DNA from: a virus
Taxonomy: Duplodnaviria; Caudoviricetes
DNA length: 54,606 nt
IMG/VR virus record: IMGVR_UViG_3300030107_003944
Coordinates: 1 to 54,606 of that record
Direction: 5' to 3' (one strand)
The stretch's first letter is position 1. The number at the start of each line of letters is the position of its first letter. Shown here piece after piece: positions 36,369-45,076 of this stretch. The notes beneath the pieces are model-generated. The model saw only the letters and a program-made list of their open reading frames with translations, did not search any database and had not been told where the DNA came from. Made by a program: the position numbers and the translations under genes.

Positions 36369-36377
36369 TATTATTGA

Positions 36378-36809
36378 TTATTCTGAAATATCACCGCAGC
36401 GATCTGGATGGAACCATAGAAGAGGGCGCTTGCCTTCCTTCCTAACTTGCTTCTGATAGAATCCTTTGGACCTCAGAGCACGAGAGAGTTGGTTCTTATA
36501 AGCTTTAGGTCGAATGATCATATCAGGGCCGACAGCTTGAATGAGATCGTCTAATGTAAAACCATAGTCTCCAAGATCGAAAGCCACCTTCAACACGGAA
36601 GAAACAGAAGGGTAGTTCGACAGAGGCTTCTCCGTGGAGTCCATAGCGAAGCTTCCAAGAAGAAGTGGGAACTCCTTGAGACCTTGTTGAACAAACTTCA
36701 GAGCGAGAAGAGAAGCTTCCAATCGGGAGACTCCAAGAGATCTTCCAACGTCGGAAGAAACCTCACTCATCTGAGCTTGAAGGGCAGTTATATCTTGATT
36801 GACACTCAT
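36378..36809 (-). CDS. Hypothetical protein, possible winged-helix C-terminus
   Basis: 143 aa. FTLDDLIQAV...LSRALRSKGF....R......LW. SD AGGAG. Confidence 0.6.
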   Translation of the reverse strand: MSVNQDITALQAQMSEVSSDVGRSLGVSRLEASLLALKFVQQGLKEFPLLLGSFAMDSTEKPLSNYPSVSSVLKVAFDLGDYGFTLDDLIQAVGPDMIIRPKAYKNQLSRALRSKGFYQKQVRKEGKRPLLWFHPDRCGDISE

Positions 36810-36952
36810 GTTTTCTCCTGTTCAAAAAACTAAGAGGGTGGAAAAGAATCATCTAACTTGAGATAGATAGATTCAGTTAGGACCTAAGTTTTATACTCTC
36901 TTTTTTCTTACTTGATAGACAGAGGGTATAATAATAATAGTAGTTTAGACCC

Positions 36953-36972
36953 GTCAACTAACGTTAGTTGAC
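36953..36972. repeat. Perfect 20-bp palindrome GTCAACTAACGTTAGTTGAC
   Basis: Seen directly, next to an AT-rich tract. Overlaps a - strand TTGACG-N18-TATTAT promoter-like site (36928-36957). Confidence 0.85.
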
Positions 36973-37028
36973 AAATAGCTGCATCGAATACCGGGGGTGA
37001 ACCTTGTCAACCGCGTCACTCTATACCC

Positions 37029-37057
37029 ATTATACTCCGGCGTGCATGTCAGTGCAA
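37029..37057 (-). promoter_or_regulatory. Sigma70-like promoter TTGCAC-N17-TATAAT for the replication operon
   Basis: Consensus -10, 17-bp spacer, downstream of the early-cassette terminator. Confidence 0.7.
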
Positions 37058-37219
37058 CCCTAAATATCGCCGTCATCCAACGTTAGTGTGACACAGTAGA
37101 CACTCTGAGAAAATGTTCCGTAGTGTTCGGAAGCGGAAGCGGCATAAAAAGGGCTGGCACGGAGGCCAGGAGAGAGGAGGCTCTCGGCTCAACTAAAGTT
37201 GGACTTCCGAGATCAAAAC

Positions 37220-37253
37220 AAAAAAGCCCCCGAGGAGCGAACTCCCCGAGGGC
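37220..37253 (-). terminator. Intrinsic terminator
   Basis: - strand GCCCTCGGGGAG-TTCG-CTCCTCGGGGGC-TTTTTT. Confidence 0.85.
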
Positions 37254-37318
37254 ATCAAGTTAGCTGAAGATGTACCAAAGCATATAGACACTAAGCCAGA
37301 ATGCAAAGGGCACAAAGA

Positions 37319-38221
37319 TCATGTCTGATTCATAGCCTGTAGAAGTGCAATAGCAGCCGTCGCTTGTACTTCTTCAACCTTCTCCTTCAAGTCGTCGAAA
37401 GTCTTCCCAAGAATACCGGAATAGGCTTCTACCTTTTCCATGAGATCTTGGGCGCTATCTCTTTTCGTTTTCAAGGCTCTCTTTCCTGGCTTCTTCTCGG
37501 GATCTTCTTCTACAAGAGAAGCCGTCAGTTCAGATAATCGAGTTTCGACTTCCTGGATCAATCCATCACAGACTGCGCTAACGGTGTCTTCATCTCCAGA
37601 AGTCCTCACTTTATAGAAAGTGTGAGAAGGATTGGCCTCTTTCACTACTCGAATGATCTCATCCCACTTGGCTTCCATGTGACTTGGAATCCAATACACT
37701 CCACCTTTCTGGCGGAGAGGAGTTCCGACCATTCTATCTTTGCAGACTTTGACCATCTGAACCCCCAACTGGGCAGCAGTTATCTTTCCCCGCTCCGAAT
37801 AGTAATCCTGAGAGAAGGCTTCAAACTTAGGATGGTTTGGGTCATTACAAAGAAGACCTCCTTTCCCGATGACCTTGACTCGGAGTTCTTCAGCATAAGT
37901 ATTCCGACGATCTCCAGTCAGGTGATCCCTATGCTCTGTTTCAAGAACAATCCCATATCCCAAGTGCCCACTTCCTTTTCCTAACGGTCGAATGATGTAC
38001 TTATGAGAAGGAAAGTTTCGAGTAAGGGCACGCTTCAAAGCATTACCGAGATTCAACTTCTTAGGAAGACAATCCCTAATCCCCAGTTCATCGAATCCAT
38101 CGACTAAAGTTTGGAAGCAAGTTCCTTCTGAAAGTGACCAATAAACGATCACTCCGTTGAACTCGACTTGGACCTCTTCACTCCCGGAAGAGTGGCTATC
38201 AAAATTGAATGCGTTTTGCAT
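37319..38221 (-). CDS. DUF6744-like protein
   Basis: GVIVYWSL, LR..GGVYWIP, C-terminal coiled coil. Adjacent to the vWA and MoxR genes. Confidence 0.6.
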   Translation of the reverse strand: MQNAFNFDSHSSGSEEVQVEFNGVIVYWSLSEGTCFQTLVDGFDELGIRDCLPKKLNLGNALKRALTRNFPSHKYIIRPLGKGSGHLGYGIVLETEHRDHLTGDRRNTYAEELRVKVIGKGGLLCNDPNHPKFEAFSQDYYSERGKITAAQLGVQMVKVCKDRMVGTPLRQKGGVYWIPSHMEAKWDEIIRVVKEANPSHTFYKVRTSGDEDTVSAVCDGLIQEVETRLSELTASLVEEDPEKKPGKRALKTKRDSAQDLMEKVEAYSGILGKTFDDLKEKVEEVQATAAIALLQAMNQT

Positions 38222-38255
38222 TTCTTTTCCTTTGTTAAGTGCGTGATTGCACCGG

Positions 38256-38283
38256 CTAACCTACGGGCGAACCCGTAAGTTAG
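38256..38283 (-). other. 12-bp UUCG hairpin in the leader of the DUF6744-like gene
   Basis: - strand CTAACTTACGGG-TTCG-CCCGTAGGTTAG, no U-tract. Confidence 0.6.
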
Positions 38284-38291
38284 AAAGAGAA

Positions 38292-38405
38292 TCATGCTTT
38301 ACTGATTACCTGATAGTGAAGAAAGACTCTCTCAAAGAAAGTCAGTTCATCTATTTCTGCGTACCATCGATCCCAATCGAATGGGATTAGAATCCTACTC
38401 TCCAT
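38292..38405 (-). CDS. 37-aa ORF (not in the ORF track)
   Basis: MESRILIPFDWDRWYAEIDELTFFERVFLHYQVISKA. SD GGAGGT. Overlaps the vWA gene stop. Confidence 0.45.
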   Translation of the reverse strand: MESRILIPFDWDRWYAEIDELTFFERVFLHYQVISKA

Positions 38406-39687
38406 CACCTACCTCCACAACGTGAACCCATTTTGGAAGAAAGTACTTTGTGAACTCCCCAATAAGGCAGACGATTAGCGGGATGCCATTCAAGTCTTCT
38501 TCTCTTGGAAAGTCGAACTCTCCGTCCGTCATCACAACAATACAGTTGGGATCCTCTCGGACTGCTCTATCAAAGAGTGGTCTCATGTCAGTTCCTCCAC
38601 GACCTCGAATCTGAATATCTGAAACATTGTGGACATACTGAGCGAATCGAACTTGAGTGTCTCCAGTCACAACGAATGTCTCAGACGCAGACATCTGAAG
38701 AACAGTTCCTATCTCTTGGAAACAGTCTGTTAGATCCTGATCTGACATTGAACCGGAAGAGTCCACAACAAGAGCAGGAACCAAAGAAGGTTCAAAGTAT
38801 GCAGGGAACACAACATCATTATAGAGAGCAGACATCCTACGGTTTGGTCGAGTGTAGGTAATCGCACTTGCGCCGATTACTTTCTCTTGGGCTTCTCGTA
38901 AGAGTTGAGAGAAGACATCTTGCCAATCTATCTTTGCTTCTCCCGCAACTTCTCCCGACCATTCAATCCACTCCCCGGGCAAAGAGCCAGGATTAGTTTT
39001 AGATGCTTTCTGAATGTCGAGAGCAGTTTCGTACTGAATCTCTTCCATCTCTTCTGAAGTTCTTCCTGGATTAGAATCAGTAGGTGGTCCAAGTTCCCAA
39101 GGACGTTCCCCATCTCCGACAGCATCTCCGTCCTGAAAGTCGGAATCACCAGACGCCTCCTCCTCGGGGCTGGCTTGCTCCTCTTCTTCTGGAATGTCGG
39201 CGTACTTCAAATAGTATTCCATAGTCTCGCCTGTCTCAAGACGAGCCCTTGGATTCTTATGGGAGAAGTGTCGAACTCTTATACATTCTGAGGGCAAGTA
39301 AGTATCGAGATAATACTGACAGTTCAAAGCCATATCGGCTGCGATGTTTACTTTCCTCATACTGATTGGATCTCCGTTCTCATCTCGCATTGAGCGGAAC
39401 CGAGAGAAGTGACACATCAGAGGATGTTGAATCTCATGAAGGATAGAAGCTACAGATTCTGTCTTCTTCTCCTTCTCCGGGCCAACGATAACCCGGAACT
39501 CAACATAGATTCTGTTGTGTTCATCCACACACCAGTTGTTCCCAGATTGATCTCTCAATCCATAGACGGGAACGAACTCGGCACTCATGATTGCTTTGGA
39601 CATTAGAGGATAGACTTGGCATGCGGCAAGTTTGAGAATCTCAATCTCTTTTCTAAACTCTGTGGTTTGTTCTTGTGTAAGGTTCAT
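38395..39687 (-). CDS. HExxH metallopeptidase-vWA fusion (DUF2201-like)
   Basis: LHEIQH, NIAADMALN, MIDAS DSSGS, GRGGTD, MTDG. Confidence 0.85.
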   Translation of the reverse strand: MNLTQEQTTEFRKEIEILKLAACQVYPLMSKAIMSAEFVPVYGLRDQSGNNWCVDEHNRIYVEFRVIVGPEKEKKTESVASILHEIQHPLMCHFSRFRSMRDENGDPISMRKVNIAADMALNCQYYLDTYLPSECIRVRHFSHKNPRARLETGETMEYYLKYADIPEEEEQASPEEEASGDSDFQDGDAVGDGERPWELGPPTDSNPGRTSEEMEEIQYETALDIQKASKTNPGSLPGEWIEWSGEVAGEAKIDWQDVFSQLLREAQEKVIGASAITYTRPNRRMSALYNDVVFPAYFEPSLVPALVVDSSGSMSDQDLTDCFQEIGTVLQMSASETFVVTGDTQVRFAQYVHNVSDIQIRGRGGTDMRPLFDRAVREDPNCIVVMTDGEFDFPREEDLNGIPLIVCLIGEFTKYFLPKWVHVVEVGDGE

Positions 39688-40913
39688 GATGTCTCCTCAT
39701 CGTCAAAGACATGGTTGAAGTCAGCGAAAAGATAGAAGTTGTTTCTCTCTTTCTTTTCTTGGGGTGAAAGATAGTTGTTTGGAGCTGGAAGTGTGTTCTT
39801 CAGAGGACCGTAGTTCCTCAAAGAAAGACTTAGGTAAGTAGTTACAAACCTGTGTTGTCCTGAATGAGTTCTTTCCCACCTTCCAACAAGTAGGAAAGAA
39901 GGAAACAAACGTTCTCCGTAGTGGAACTCCCAGAAGCTACGAGGTGGAATCTGAATGGGGAAGTACCCTTTCTCCAGAACTTCTTTCATCCAAACGGAGT
40001 TGTAGAAGTAGTGAACCCACTGTGCAACTTTGGAAGTCTTATAGATCCCGGGAGCTATAGGAGAGATGCTTCTCGTTCCTTGGATTTTGGAGAGGATCTC
40101 CCATCCTTCTTTATGAGAGAAAGAACCAACTCGATAGCTTCTCTTTCGACTTGTCTCAAACCCACACTTCTCAGCTTCTCTAACTAAGAGAGGGTAGAAC
40201 TTCCTGAAGAAATCATCTCCGAGACGTTCCTTCTCCTCAAGCGTACTGCGTACACTTCTTATGAGAAAGCTCGTCCCAAATGTTTTCGACATGAACTCTT
40301 CTACAAACTTGGGACCTCTTCCCATAGAGTCTGTGGCAAAGTCTGCGACTCTCTTTCTCTTGTTTCTCTTCTCACTTACTTGCCGAGCTTTCTTTGCAGC
40401 GGCTCGTAGAGAGAGAGGAATCAAAGCAAGAAAGTCAGAACGAGTGACAGGGTGTTCATTAAGAATATTCTTAAAGCGTTTTCCAGCCTTCTCTGGGAAA
40501 GCATTCATACAATCCAAAGCTTCCGGAATGTTCTTCCAACGTTCTGATTTATTGAAGACCCAGTTGAGTCTTTCTTGGCTCCAGTGAACGTAAACTCTCC
40601 ACGCGGAGAGAACTTCCAAACATCGACACCGAAACTCTGGAGCAAGAACTTTGATTGCTCGAACTTTGTCTAATGAATACTCCGAGCCATGGCGATGGTT
40701 CATAAGAATGAGAGAAGTTTGGACTTGTTCTCTTCTTACGGGAGTGTGTCCAAGAAAGGAACCATTTTCAATTCGTATCCTACGACGGTAGTTTTCTTCC
40801 GGAGTCAGAGAAGAGTATGTCCTCTTCCCAATCCGCTCGGAGACCGCCACAACGTGACGGCCTCCAATGCAGTTTACGTTTGCGACATGCAAAGAAGGAG
40901 ACTTGTTTGACAT
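39684..40913 (-). CDS. Hypothetical basic protein inside the MoxR-vWA cassette
   Basis: 409 aa, ATGA-coupled to the vWA gene. Confidence 0.7.
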   Translation of the reverse strand: MSNKSPSLHVANVNCIGGRHVVAVSERIGKRTYSSLTPEENYRRRIRIENGSFLGHTPVRREQVQTSLILMNHRHGSEYSLDKVRAIKVLAPEFRCRCLEVLSAWRVYVHWSQERLNWVFNKSERWKNIPEALDCMNAFPEKAGKRFKNILNEHPVTRSDFLALIPLSLRAAAKKARQVSEKRNKRKRVADFATDSMGRGPKFVEEFMSKTFGTSFLIRSVRSTLEEKERLGDDFFRKFYPLLVREAEKCGFETSRKRSYRVGSFSHKEGWEILSKIQGTRSISPIAPGIYKTSKVAQWVHYFYNSVWMKEVLEKGYFPIQIPPRSFWEFHYGERLFPSFLLVGRWERTHSGQHRFVTTYLSLSLRNYGPLKNTLPAPNNYLSPQEKKERNNFYLFADFNHVFDDEETS

Positions 40914-40925
40914 GAGTCCTTCCCC

Positions 40926-42089
40926 CTACTTCTGGAACTGGCTTAGGATTTGAGAAACACTCGACATCATCGAGGCATAAGCCAAAGCATCTCTTGGAAT
41001 CCCATTCTTGAGAAGATGCTTGTTCCCCTGGAGAAGTCCCGAAAGAGTTTGAGCCGCAAGTGCAGCCGTGTCTTTATTGGGAGCCCGTCCTAAGAGAGAC
41101 CATGCGTTATGGTATTCCGTGAGATCAAGCGTTCCTGAAACCCGGGCAGCTACTCCATTGAAGAAAGCAAACTGCTTGTCTGCTCGCGTAGGAAGATTGA
41201 CTGCATCTGGATTCTGAAGAGCATCGACGACACTCAATCCTTCCATCTGCATTCGAACCCAAGCTCCAAACTCTCTTCCAAGAGCTTCTCCGACATGGCC
41301 TCGGAAAGCTTTCTCTCGAACCTGGATAGAAACAGAAGAGAGTCGCATAACCGTGTCCATCTTGATTAGATTGGACCACGTTCTTGGATTACCCCGAGGC
41401 TTGTTCATAAACTCTCGACTTGGATCCTGAGCAAATCCAGAATGGTTTGCGAATCCCGCAGCTTCTGGAGTTCCTTTCGAATGGAGAAAGGAGATCACGT
41501 CAGCCGCAGCTTCTTGAGTTCCCGGGAACCACTTTCCTTCCATCATATTCTTGGACCAGAAAGCAAAGTCCATCTCCCAATGGATGTGCAGAAACCGAGT
41601 TGCTACTGGAGGAGCCAAGTTAGTTGGATTGACTGCGATCTCAGGCGGATTAGCCAGAGCCACAATATGAATGAGATTCTCGTCGAGTCTCTCATCTCCA
41701 ACGATCTTCTCCGAGATGAAAGAAAGACACGGAGCCATCACAGGTTTGAGCATGGTAGTGAACTCTTCCATGACAAAGACGAACTGTCTTCCTTGAGCGT
41801 TCTCTTCCATTGCTTCTTTGATTGCTCGGAGAACTGGAACCCGAGACCACTCTCCATCATCCCCCCGGGCAAAGAGACCGGCGATGTCTGTTTGTTCCAT
41901 CGAGTTTCCATTCAGGAACCAGTACTTTACTGGAGTTCCATCATCGTTCTTCATTGTCTGAATGAAAGCCTCAATCCCCCGAGACTTTCCGCAGCCGTCC
42001 ATTCCCCAAACGAGAATAGGTTGTGATGGCTTTGTTTCGAAAGCTGCATTGAGCAGCGCGAACGTTTCATGCATTTTACCAAACATCAT
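40926..42089 (-). CDS. MoxR-type AAA+ ATPase
   Basis: WGMDGCGKS, DIAGL, FVMEE, ALANP, PPVATRF, PRTW. Start at MMFGK, with an alternative coupled ATG at 42179. Confidence 0.82.
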   Translation of the reverse strand: MMFGKMHETFALLNAAFETKPSQPILVWGMDGCGKSRGIEAFIQTMKNDDGTPVKYWFLNGNSMEQTDIAGLFARGDDGEWSRVPVLRAIKEAMEENAQGRQFVFVMEEFTTMLKPVMAPCLSFISEKIVGDERLDENLIHIVALANPPEIAVNPTNLAPPVATRFLHIHWEMDFAFWSKNMMEGKWFPGTQEAAADVISFLHSKGTPEAAGFANHSGFAQDPSREFMNKPRGNPRTWSNLIKMDTVMRLSSVSIQVREKAFRGHVGEALGREFGAWVRMQMEGLSVVDALQNPDAVNLPTRADKQFAFFNGVAARVSGTLDLTEYHNAWSLLGRAPNKDTAALAAQTLSGLLQGNKHLLKNGIPRDALAYASMMSSVSQILSQFQK

Positions 42090-42175
42090 TTCTTCCTTTG
42101 TTTTAGATGTTTCCGAGTCGCAGAATGCTATCGGCAGAAACCCAGGAAGAAGAACTCCCTGAGTTTCGGTCGATG

Positions 42176-42259
42176 TCATCTCCGGACAAAGTAGTGAGCG
42201 CCGAAAGCGGCACAGGGTGGGATGATTAGAAGAACGATTGGAGCAAGCATAAGACTCAT
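42176..42259 (-). CDS. 27-aa hydrophobic micropeptide (not in the ORF track)
   Basis: MSLMLAPIVLLIIPPCAAFGAHYFVRR. SD GAGGAG. ATGA overlaps on both sides. Confidence 0.5.
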   Translation of the reverse strand: MSLMLAPIVLLIIPPCAAFGAHYFVRR

Positions 42260-42378
42260 TGGAAAGTCTCCTCTTTTGGAAGCGGCACGGATTGATGTTT
42301 GTCTCGCTCAAGTTCCTCGCCGATAGCCGCGACAACGCAAAGAAGAATGAGAAAGAAAGATAAAGTGATGAATGACAT
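42256..42378 (-). CDS. 40-aa single-TM micropeptide (not in the ORF track)
   Basis: MSFITLSFFLILLCVVAAIGEELERDKHQSVPLPKEETFQ. SD GGAG. Confidence 0.55.
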   Translation of the reverse strand: MSFITLSFFLILLCVVAAIGEELERDKHQSVPLPKEETFQ

Positions 42379-42530
42379 GTGACTATCTCCCGATAGTAAG
42401 AGAACGTTCTAATAACTTGCGGTAGCGGCAAGGCTCTCCGGGGCTGGCTCGGAGTTGGCCTTCTTAGGAACGGTAGGAGCTTCTGAACTTGAGAAGTCCA
42501 GACCGAAGAAAGGTTCGAAACTCCAGACGC

Positions 42531-42563
42531 AAAAAGGCCCCAAGGCGGAAAACCTCGGGGCCC
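42531..42563 (-). terminator. Intrinsic terminator
   Basis: - strand GGCCCCGAGG-TTTTCCG-CCTTGGGGCC-TTTTT after the 215-aa gene. Confidence 0.8.
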
Positions 42564-42582
42564 TAAGTCGAGAAGCTACGGT

Positions 42583-43230
42583 CTAAGCTTGACCGGATTC
42601 CTCAAGTGCTTTCTTTCGGGCTTGCTCGGCACGCTTGACAGCTTGTGCTTTCTCAAGTTGGAGAGCCTGAAGAGTCCACGCCTCAAGTGTAGCCGCATCA
42701 ACTTCCCATTCCTCGACAAGTGGTTCAAGCAGTAGGGAGACGTCAATCTTCCCAGCGGTTAGAGACTCACCATCTTCCGAGAGTTTAATGAACGCGCCCC
42801 AATCCCGGGATGCTGCATACTTTCCGTGTTTCACACGCAGAGCACGCGCGGCTAACTCTTCCGCACCATAGGTCCCCATTTCTTCCTGAACCATAGCGTC
42901 TTGAATGTCTGGGACGTGTTTAGCACCTGCGGCAATGTTGACCAAAGCCAGAACAGTGTCTCCCTTTTTGGCGTCCTTTGTCAGAATGATAGAGACCACA
43001 TTCTTTGAAGTCTCTTTCACTTTTGCAGAACGGCTAACACTCAGACATAGAAAAGGACGCGCCGCATTTGAGAGAGGAATGTCCTCAATATTCACGGGAA
43101 CAGAATCGCCCTTCTCAGTTTTGATTTTAGCGCCCGCTCTTGTCAGAAGAGAGAGAGGAAGGGAAGTGACTCTCCCGTCAAACTCGGTTGAAGTTGGAAG
43201 AGTGTTAGCGACTTTCTTTGCTTTCGACAT
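42583..43230 (-). CDS. Hypothetical protein, first gene of the leftward arm
   Basis: 215 aa, A-rich leader AACAAAGGAAAAACCAAAATG, own terminator. Confidence 0.75.
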   Translation of the reverse strand: MSKAKKVANTLPTSTEFDGRVTSLPLSLLTRAGAKIKTEKGDSVPVNIEDIPLSNAARPFLCLSVSRSAKVKETSKNVVSIILTKDAKKGDTVLALVNIAAGAKHVPDIQDAMVQEEMGTYGAEELAARALRVKHGKYAASRDWGAFIKLSEDGESLTAGKIDVSLLLEPLVEEWEVDAATLEAWTLQALQLEKAQAVKRAEQARKKALEESGQA

Positions 43231-43310
43231 TTTGGTTTTTCCTTTGTTGTCGACTTTCCGGGAATGCTCCCGGGAGCGAGCAAGAAAACACTTTCTTGCC
43301 TACGGCAATC

Positions 43311-43365
43311 ATATCACGATATCGGCATGATTACCAAGCGATATCCGCATGAATATCACGCTATC
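43311..43365. promoter_or_regulatory. Operator-like interleaved direct repeats
   Basis: CGATATC(G/C)GCATGA at 43317 and 43339; ATATCACG(A/C)TATC at 43311 and 43353. A - strand extended -10 (TGATATGAT) overlaps. Confidence 0.5.
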
Positions 43366-43404
43366 CTCTCACCCTACCAAACGGTAGATAAGGGGCGGGG
43401 GATA

Positions 43405-43436
43405 GGTGAACAGGCGTTCAGGTGAACAGGTGTTCA
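43405..43436. repeat. Tandem 16-bp repeat GGTGAACAGG(C/T)GTTCA, each unit containing a TGAAC-N4-GTTCA palindrome
   Basis: Seen directly in the divergent intergenic region. Confidence 0.8.
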
Positions 43437-43688
43437 GTATCCCATGGGGGGTGTGCTTCCTGGTATGGGGGGACTTCCTCAAAAGAAGAAGAAGAACACC
43501 GCAGAAAAAAAGAAGCCGGGAACTTCTCTCCGAGGGATGGGGCTGTCTCTCCTCAAGGGTCGCCCACTCACTCGCGAACTCGTGAGGGGCATCCCCTCTC
43601 GTCGAGCTTTTGTTTCCGGTTGACCCCCCTCTTTCACGCGCGACCATTTTTGAGGTGTCCATCAACGTCTACCAAGTTATCATCCAGT

Positions 43689-44588
43689 ATGCGAACGGAT
43701 TCGTGGTTAGAGCTTCTCAGGCTTCCTCAGTTCGGAAGAGATCCTCTTCCCGAGAGAGCAAAGTTCCAGCATGTGCTGTACGCGCTGGGACTATGTCCTC
43801 CGGTGATGGAAAGACAGGTCACTGCTCCCCTCCGGGCACACAAGATGATCCTCCAGATCAGGAAGAGGATGTGCTACCTCCCGATCTTTAGGGAAAATGT
43901 CTTTAGTAAGACGATGGGTGTCGCGCACAGTGAGTGGACGGATCACGCTGCGCGAGCTTTCAATCTTGAGGAACCGCCTACGCCGTATGAAGTTGCCACC
44001 TTCACCCTGGGCCAAAGAGCCGGAAATGCACCCCCAAGGAGATTTTTCCAAGGGATCGCGACGAGAGCACCGAAGATCCATACGAGCGCGTTCCAGTGGT
44101 GGTTGATGGGATTGGGGGATGAGGTTTTGGAGGAGTTGGTGCCCGGATGGGAGGGTGCGAGGAGCGAGTTCATAAAGACGCTGATGGGCACTTCTTCCTT
44201 TGCAATGTGGGCACTCGGGACCAACCTGATGCCAATCGTAAGGACACGGGCGCACGCCAGGGCACTTTTGACGGAAGACACGCGCTTTAGGAAAGTGCGG
44301 AGGGAGTTGTACGATACGACTTATGTGCAGACGCTCTTAAAGTTAGGAAAGCGTCCCCACCCGGTTCCTCGCAATCTTCCTGCGCTCTCTCCGGTGTTTA
44401 GGACGAAAGAGGAAAAAGAGGAGTACCATGAGAGTCTCTCGGAAAGAAAGAAGAGGCATCGAAGAGGTTCTCAAGGGAATGTGTGGTGGAATGTGATAGG
44501 AATAGAGAAGTATCCAACTCGGCAAGAACGCAAGAAGATGCGACAAGAAGGGTGGGGTTTTGAATATGAAGGGAGACTAAAACTATGA
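43689..44588 (+). CDS. Hypothetical protein, first gene of the rightward arm
   Basis: About 299 aa from MRTDSW. The start is uncertain. ATGA-coupled to the next gene. Confidence 0.6.
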   Translation: MRTDSWLELLRLPQFGRDPLPERAKFQHVLYALGLCPPVMERQVTAPLRAHKMILQIRKRMCYLPIFRENVFSKTMGVAHSEWTDHAARAFNLEEPPTPYEVATFTLGQRAGNAPPRRFFQGIATRAPKIHTSAFQWWLMGLGDEVLEELVPGWEGARSEFIKTLMGTSSFAMWALGTNLMPIVRTRAHARALLTEDTRFRKVRRELYDTTYVQTLLKLGKRPHPVPRNLPALSPVFRTKEEKEEYHESLSERKKRHRRGSQGNVWWNVIGIEKYPTRQERKKMRQEGWGFEYEGRLKL

Positions 44589-45076
44589 ACGATGAAGATA
44601 CTCCTAACCCTGGGCTTGAAGAGGCCGAAAAAGAAGCAGTGAAAACCCAGGTTGAAACTGCATTATCGAAGATTACATCTGTTCCAGACGACAATCAAAG
44701 CCTACTAAGTCCAGAAGCTTTAGAAGAACTACGGATTCAGGCGCTGGTAAATGAAGAGACCCTGCCTGCTACTTTTCTCGCGAAGGCTGCCCCCCATCTT
44801 CATAGTACGAATGGAGTAGTCGATTTCGCGACGACTGTATGTTTAGCGGTTGCGCGAGGAGAAATCAAGTCTGGACAATCGGCAGAGCTACGAAAATGGG
44901 CCGAACTTATGTACACTTGCATCGTGGCAAACGGTCCCAAGAATCAACAGAACGTCCAAGTCAACTATGTTGAGCAACTCATTCAACTCGCTGGGGGAGA
45001 AGAAGCTATGCAGCCAGAAGTCCTGGACGTTAGAGATGCCATAGTAAAACCCCGCAAGAAAGCTCAAGGAGAGTAA
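44585..45076 (+). CDS. Putative terminase small subunit
   Basis: 163 aa, helical, with a QQNVQVN strand and basic tail. Upstream of the large terminase. Assigned mainly by position. Confidence 0.4.
   Translation: MNDEDTPNPGLEEAEKEAVKTQVETALSKITSVPDDNQSLLSPEALEELRIQALVNEETLPATFLAKAAPHLHSTNGVVDFATTVCLAVARGEIKSGQSAELRKWAELMYTCIVANGPKNQQNVQVNYVEQLIQLAGGEEAMQPEVLDVRDAIVKPRKKAQGE

Noticed and set aside
42180-42431. Long N-terminal extension of the AAA+ ATPase shown in the ORF track
   Set aside because: The translation looks non-protein-like, and two small ORFs with SD motifs in other frames explain the region better.
24726-43230. Lysogeny module
   Set aside because: No integrase, ParA or CI/Cro pair was recognised. 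The single HTH gene lies deep in the replication operon.
43311-43436. Mini CRISPR array
   Set aside because: The repeats are 13-16 bp, have only two copies each and lack spacer-length unique sequences. The Cas4-like gene sits in a recombination module.
43422-43688. N-terminal 89 codons of the 388-aa ORF
   Set aside because: The start lies inside the tandem repeat and the translation is low-complexity. It is probably non-coding control sequence.
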